From: a virus
Taxonomy: Duplodnaviria; Caudoviricetes
DNA length: 27,685 nt
Strand: one strand, 5' to 3'
Virus record (IMG/VR): IMGVR_UViG_3300037483_000067
Coordinates: 1 to 27,685 of that record
Shown here: positions 25,257 to 27,685 of the stretch, in pieces
Layout of the letters: the number at the start of each line of letters is the position of its first letter
How positions within the stretch are numbered: the stretch's first letter is position 1
Program-made: the position numbers and the translations under genes
The notes under the pieces: model-generated
Databases searched by the model: none
Told to the model about the DNA's origin: nothing
Seen by the model: only the letters and a program-made list of their open reading frames with translations

Positions 25257-27623
25257 TTATGCGCCGGTCGGAAACACCGCGCCGGTCGGAAGGACGTTGA
25301 ACTCAAGACTGATGAATTCAGCTGCGCGCGTTGGTTGTAGGTAAATCTGACCAACGAGAATGTTACGGTCAATCAAGTCTGGCGTGTTGTTGCTGTCATC
25401 CATGATGACCTTGAATGCGAACAATCCACTACGTTCCTGAATGGATGCCAAATATGGGTTAGCGATATTCAAGAAGCGTTGACGAGTTGCTTCCACGTTC
25501 TGCTCGAACACCAAGAAACGTGCCGAGGATGCGATGAACTTCTTGACTGCAATCAACAGACGACGAACGTTGATTCGGTCGAGTGCTGACGGCAATGCTT
25601 GCAACGTCTTCTGACCAAAGGCGACCACCCCGGTGCCTGGGAAGAGCGCAATCGGGTTGACGCGGCCTTCGTAGAGGTCGTCACGGTTGTCACGAGTGAG
25701 GCGCTTCTCAACTTGAACGGCGGCGGAAATACCACCACGGTTCAACCCTGCTGGTGCGAACCACTCTGCTGCCACTTTGTCCGAGAACGCGAACACTTGT
25801 GGTAGTGCGACTGACGGCGGAACCCAAATGTTACGGTTCACGCCAATGTCAAGAATCTTGACCCACGGGTGGTATGTGCCAGCGTAGTTAGTGTCAAGAC
25901 CTGCGACATTGTTGAGTGCGGTGTCAACCGTTGAACCATATGCTGCCCCATCCATGATGTAGAACGCATCCCCACGAGCCTCACACATATCGATGGCCAA
26001 CTGACAAACATACGGGTGATACTGGTAGATGACGCCTGGCATCACGATCAAGTTGATGTCAAATGCTTCAGGATTCGAGATCACGTCGATTGCTCGCTTG
26101 AATGCCAACGAGCCGCTCGCCGTAGAAGTCGAGAGGTCAAATCCCTGTGTGTTGGTTGCTGCAATGTCAGCATCGACTGCCAACACGCGAGCGGGGTTCA
26201 ATCCGTCGAAGCCGCCCTGTAGCGGAACCACAAACTTGCGGAGGCTGCTGTTGGCAACCGTGCCAGCAATAACGGCGCCGGTTACATCTGCATCGGTAGC
26301 GTCCAGAATTTCAAGGCTGAATGCTGCACCGATTGATTCAGCGAATCGAGGAACCGGATTCAAGTATGCAAGGTTGGTAGCATCATCATAATCAAAACCA
26401 TAATGCGTCTTGAGGTTTTCGACACTTGAAACAAATCGAGTCGTAACATAGGATGCTGATGGAACCGTAAGCGTGATGCTGCCGCTCACACCAATCGGTG
26501 ATTGCAATGCTGCAAAGCCGACCGGAAGTGCCGTATCAGGAACACTTTCAATACCATCTGCCATTTCTACATAGATGCGGCGAGAATTGTTTGGATACTG
26601 ACCATTTTCGACCAACTCATCGTTTGTGTCGAAGACAAAGTGAATGTCGCCGATACGTCGTGCAATGAAGTTTGCCGAATCCGGGTCAAGACTCAAATTG
26701 TCAAACTGTTCAATGACAGTCTGGCGTGCATCCGTATCGTCAAACGTACGAACAACAAGGCTGAATTGACCGTGCTGGTCATCTGCCGTCGATGCTGCTG
26801 GGCGTGTTGACTGAATTGCAACTTTCAACTCACGATTTGATGCATCACCGTCGCTGAAACTATGAATTTTGAACAGATTATATCGTGGTCCTACGCCGAC
26901 TACACCAAAAGTTTGCGACTGAATCCACGGCGTTGATGCGTGGTTGAAACCACCAAATGCGGCGCCGTTGAAGTCATAAAAATACGAACCACTTGCCAAC
27001 GAGGCGGAGAATGCCGAACCCGAAGCAGCGCCACCAAATGCCTCAATCGCTCGTGGGAACGAAAGCAGCATAAATCCAACTGCGGTGCCGGCTGGCGATG
27101 AGCCAAGCAAATTACCAATATAGTCGGAGTCAGTAGTGATCAGTGACGATCCGGTGAAAGACGAAGATGCAGCGTTTCCGTTTTCAAGAAATAGGCCAAA
27201 ACTCGCTGGCGAACCACTGATGGAGGCAGAAGTAGGAACCAATGCTACGGGCGTGACTGCTGCCGTATTACGGGTAGGAAAGATCAAGCCTGCCGCGATA
27301 TTGACCGAAGCAGATGACAACTGCAACACCAACGGATTTGCATCCGTATGAGCATAACCGCCTAGGCCCAACACACGGACGATAGTTGCCCGGCGTGCGT
27401 CCTTCAAGTAATTGATTGCCGCATGACCGGCATAGAACTCAGGAAGAGGCGTACCAAATCGATCCCGGTATTCATCAGGCGACTCGACAATCGTTGGCAC
27501 GAATGCCGGGCCCTTCACCGTTGGTCCGATGAACGCTCCACCAATTTCTGCGATGCCCTGCGGCAAGAACGAAAGATCGTTCTCACGAGTAAATACGCCG
27601 GGGGAAATAAATCTCTCTGCCAT
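25257..27623 (-). CDS. Contractile tail sheath protein (T4 gp18-like)
   Basis: MAERFISPGVFTREND, IGPTVKGPAFVPT, YAGTYHPWV, WFAPAGLNRG, FGQKTLQ..PSALDRINVRRLLI, FVFEQN-like LVFEQN, IYLQPTRAAEFI; GGAG RBS. Confidence 0.96.
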   Translation of the reverse strand: MAERFISPGVFTRENDLSFLPQGIAEIGGAFIGPTVKGPAFVPTIVESPDEYRDRFGTPLPEFYAGHAAINYLKDARRATIVRVLGLGGYAHTDANPLVLQLSSASVNIAAGLIFPTRNTAAVTPVALVPTSASISGSPASFGLFLENGNAASSSFTGSSLITTDSDYIGNLLGSSPAGTAVGFMLLSFPRAIEAFGGAASGSAFSASLASGSYFYDFNGAAFGGFNHASTPWIQSQTFGVVGVGPRYNLFKIHSFSDGDASNRELKVAIQSTRPAASTADDQHGQFSLVVRTFDDTDARQTVIEQFDNLSLDPDSANFIARRIGDIHFVFDTNDELVENGQYPNNSRRIYVEMADGIESVPDTALPVGFAALQSPIGVSGSITLTVPSASYVTTRFVSSVENLKTHYGFDYDDATNLAYLNPVPRFAESIGAAFSLEILDATDADVTGAVIAGTVANSSLRKFVVPLQGGFDGLNPARVLAVDADIAATNTQGFDLSTSTASGSLAFKRAIDVISNPEAFDINLIVMPGVIYQYHPYVCQLAIDMCEARGDAFYIMDGAAYGSTVDTALNNVAGLDTNYAGTYHPWVKILDIGVNRNIWVPPSVALPQVFAFSDKVAAEWFAPAGLNRGGISAAVQVEKRLTRDNRDDLYEGRVNPIALFPGTGVVAFGQKTLQALPSALDRINVRRLLIAVKKFIASSARFLVFEQNVEATRQRFLNIANPYLASIQERSGLFAFKVIMDDSNNTPDLIDRNILVGQIYLQPTRAAEFISLEFNVLPTGAVFPTGA

Positions 27624-27685
27624 TTTGTATCTCCGTTATGTTATTCTTTTTCAGGAGTAAACGTGCCTGTCTCTATATCCAATGT

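Noticed and set aside
1-27685. Alternative genetic code (stop-codon reassignment), as seen in some large phages
   Set aside because: Conserved genes are full length in the standard code, and TAA, TAG and TGA all serve as real stops.

Overview
The window is a fragment of a large T4-like (myovirus) phage genome, with every credible gene on the minus strand and read in the standard genetic code. In transcription order (right to left) the tail/late module contains tail sheath, a 4-gene insert, tail tube, a Ser/Thr-rich protein, an SNF2 helicase, a gp26-like chaperone with a probable frameshift extension, tape measure, tube-initiator-like, LysM/gp53-like and baseplate-hub-like genes. A sigma70-type promoter then starts the replication module: divergent PolA, HEXXH protein, UDP-glucose dehydrogenase, gp32-like SSB, RecA/UvsX, DNA methyltransferase, 5'-3' exonuclease, gp41/DnaB helicase and a class II ribonucleotide reductase that runs off the window. 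Five observations stand out: (1) two small replication-module ORFs look like stand-alone pieces of a gp23-type major capsid protein (possible capsid decoys or mimics); (2) three small genes share a 10-residue leader MFDIKxFLxE resembling a capsid-targeting sequence, followed by an apparent protease-processed polyprotein; (3) a +1/-2 frameshift site lies in the tail chaperone; (4) a recurring TACTTAT late-promoter-like motif has one copy in the loop of an RBS-sequestering hairpin; (5) the PolA has a substituted steric gate. All homology calls come from motif recognition by eye, with no database searches.
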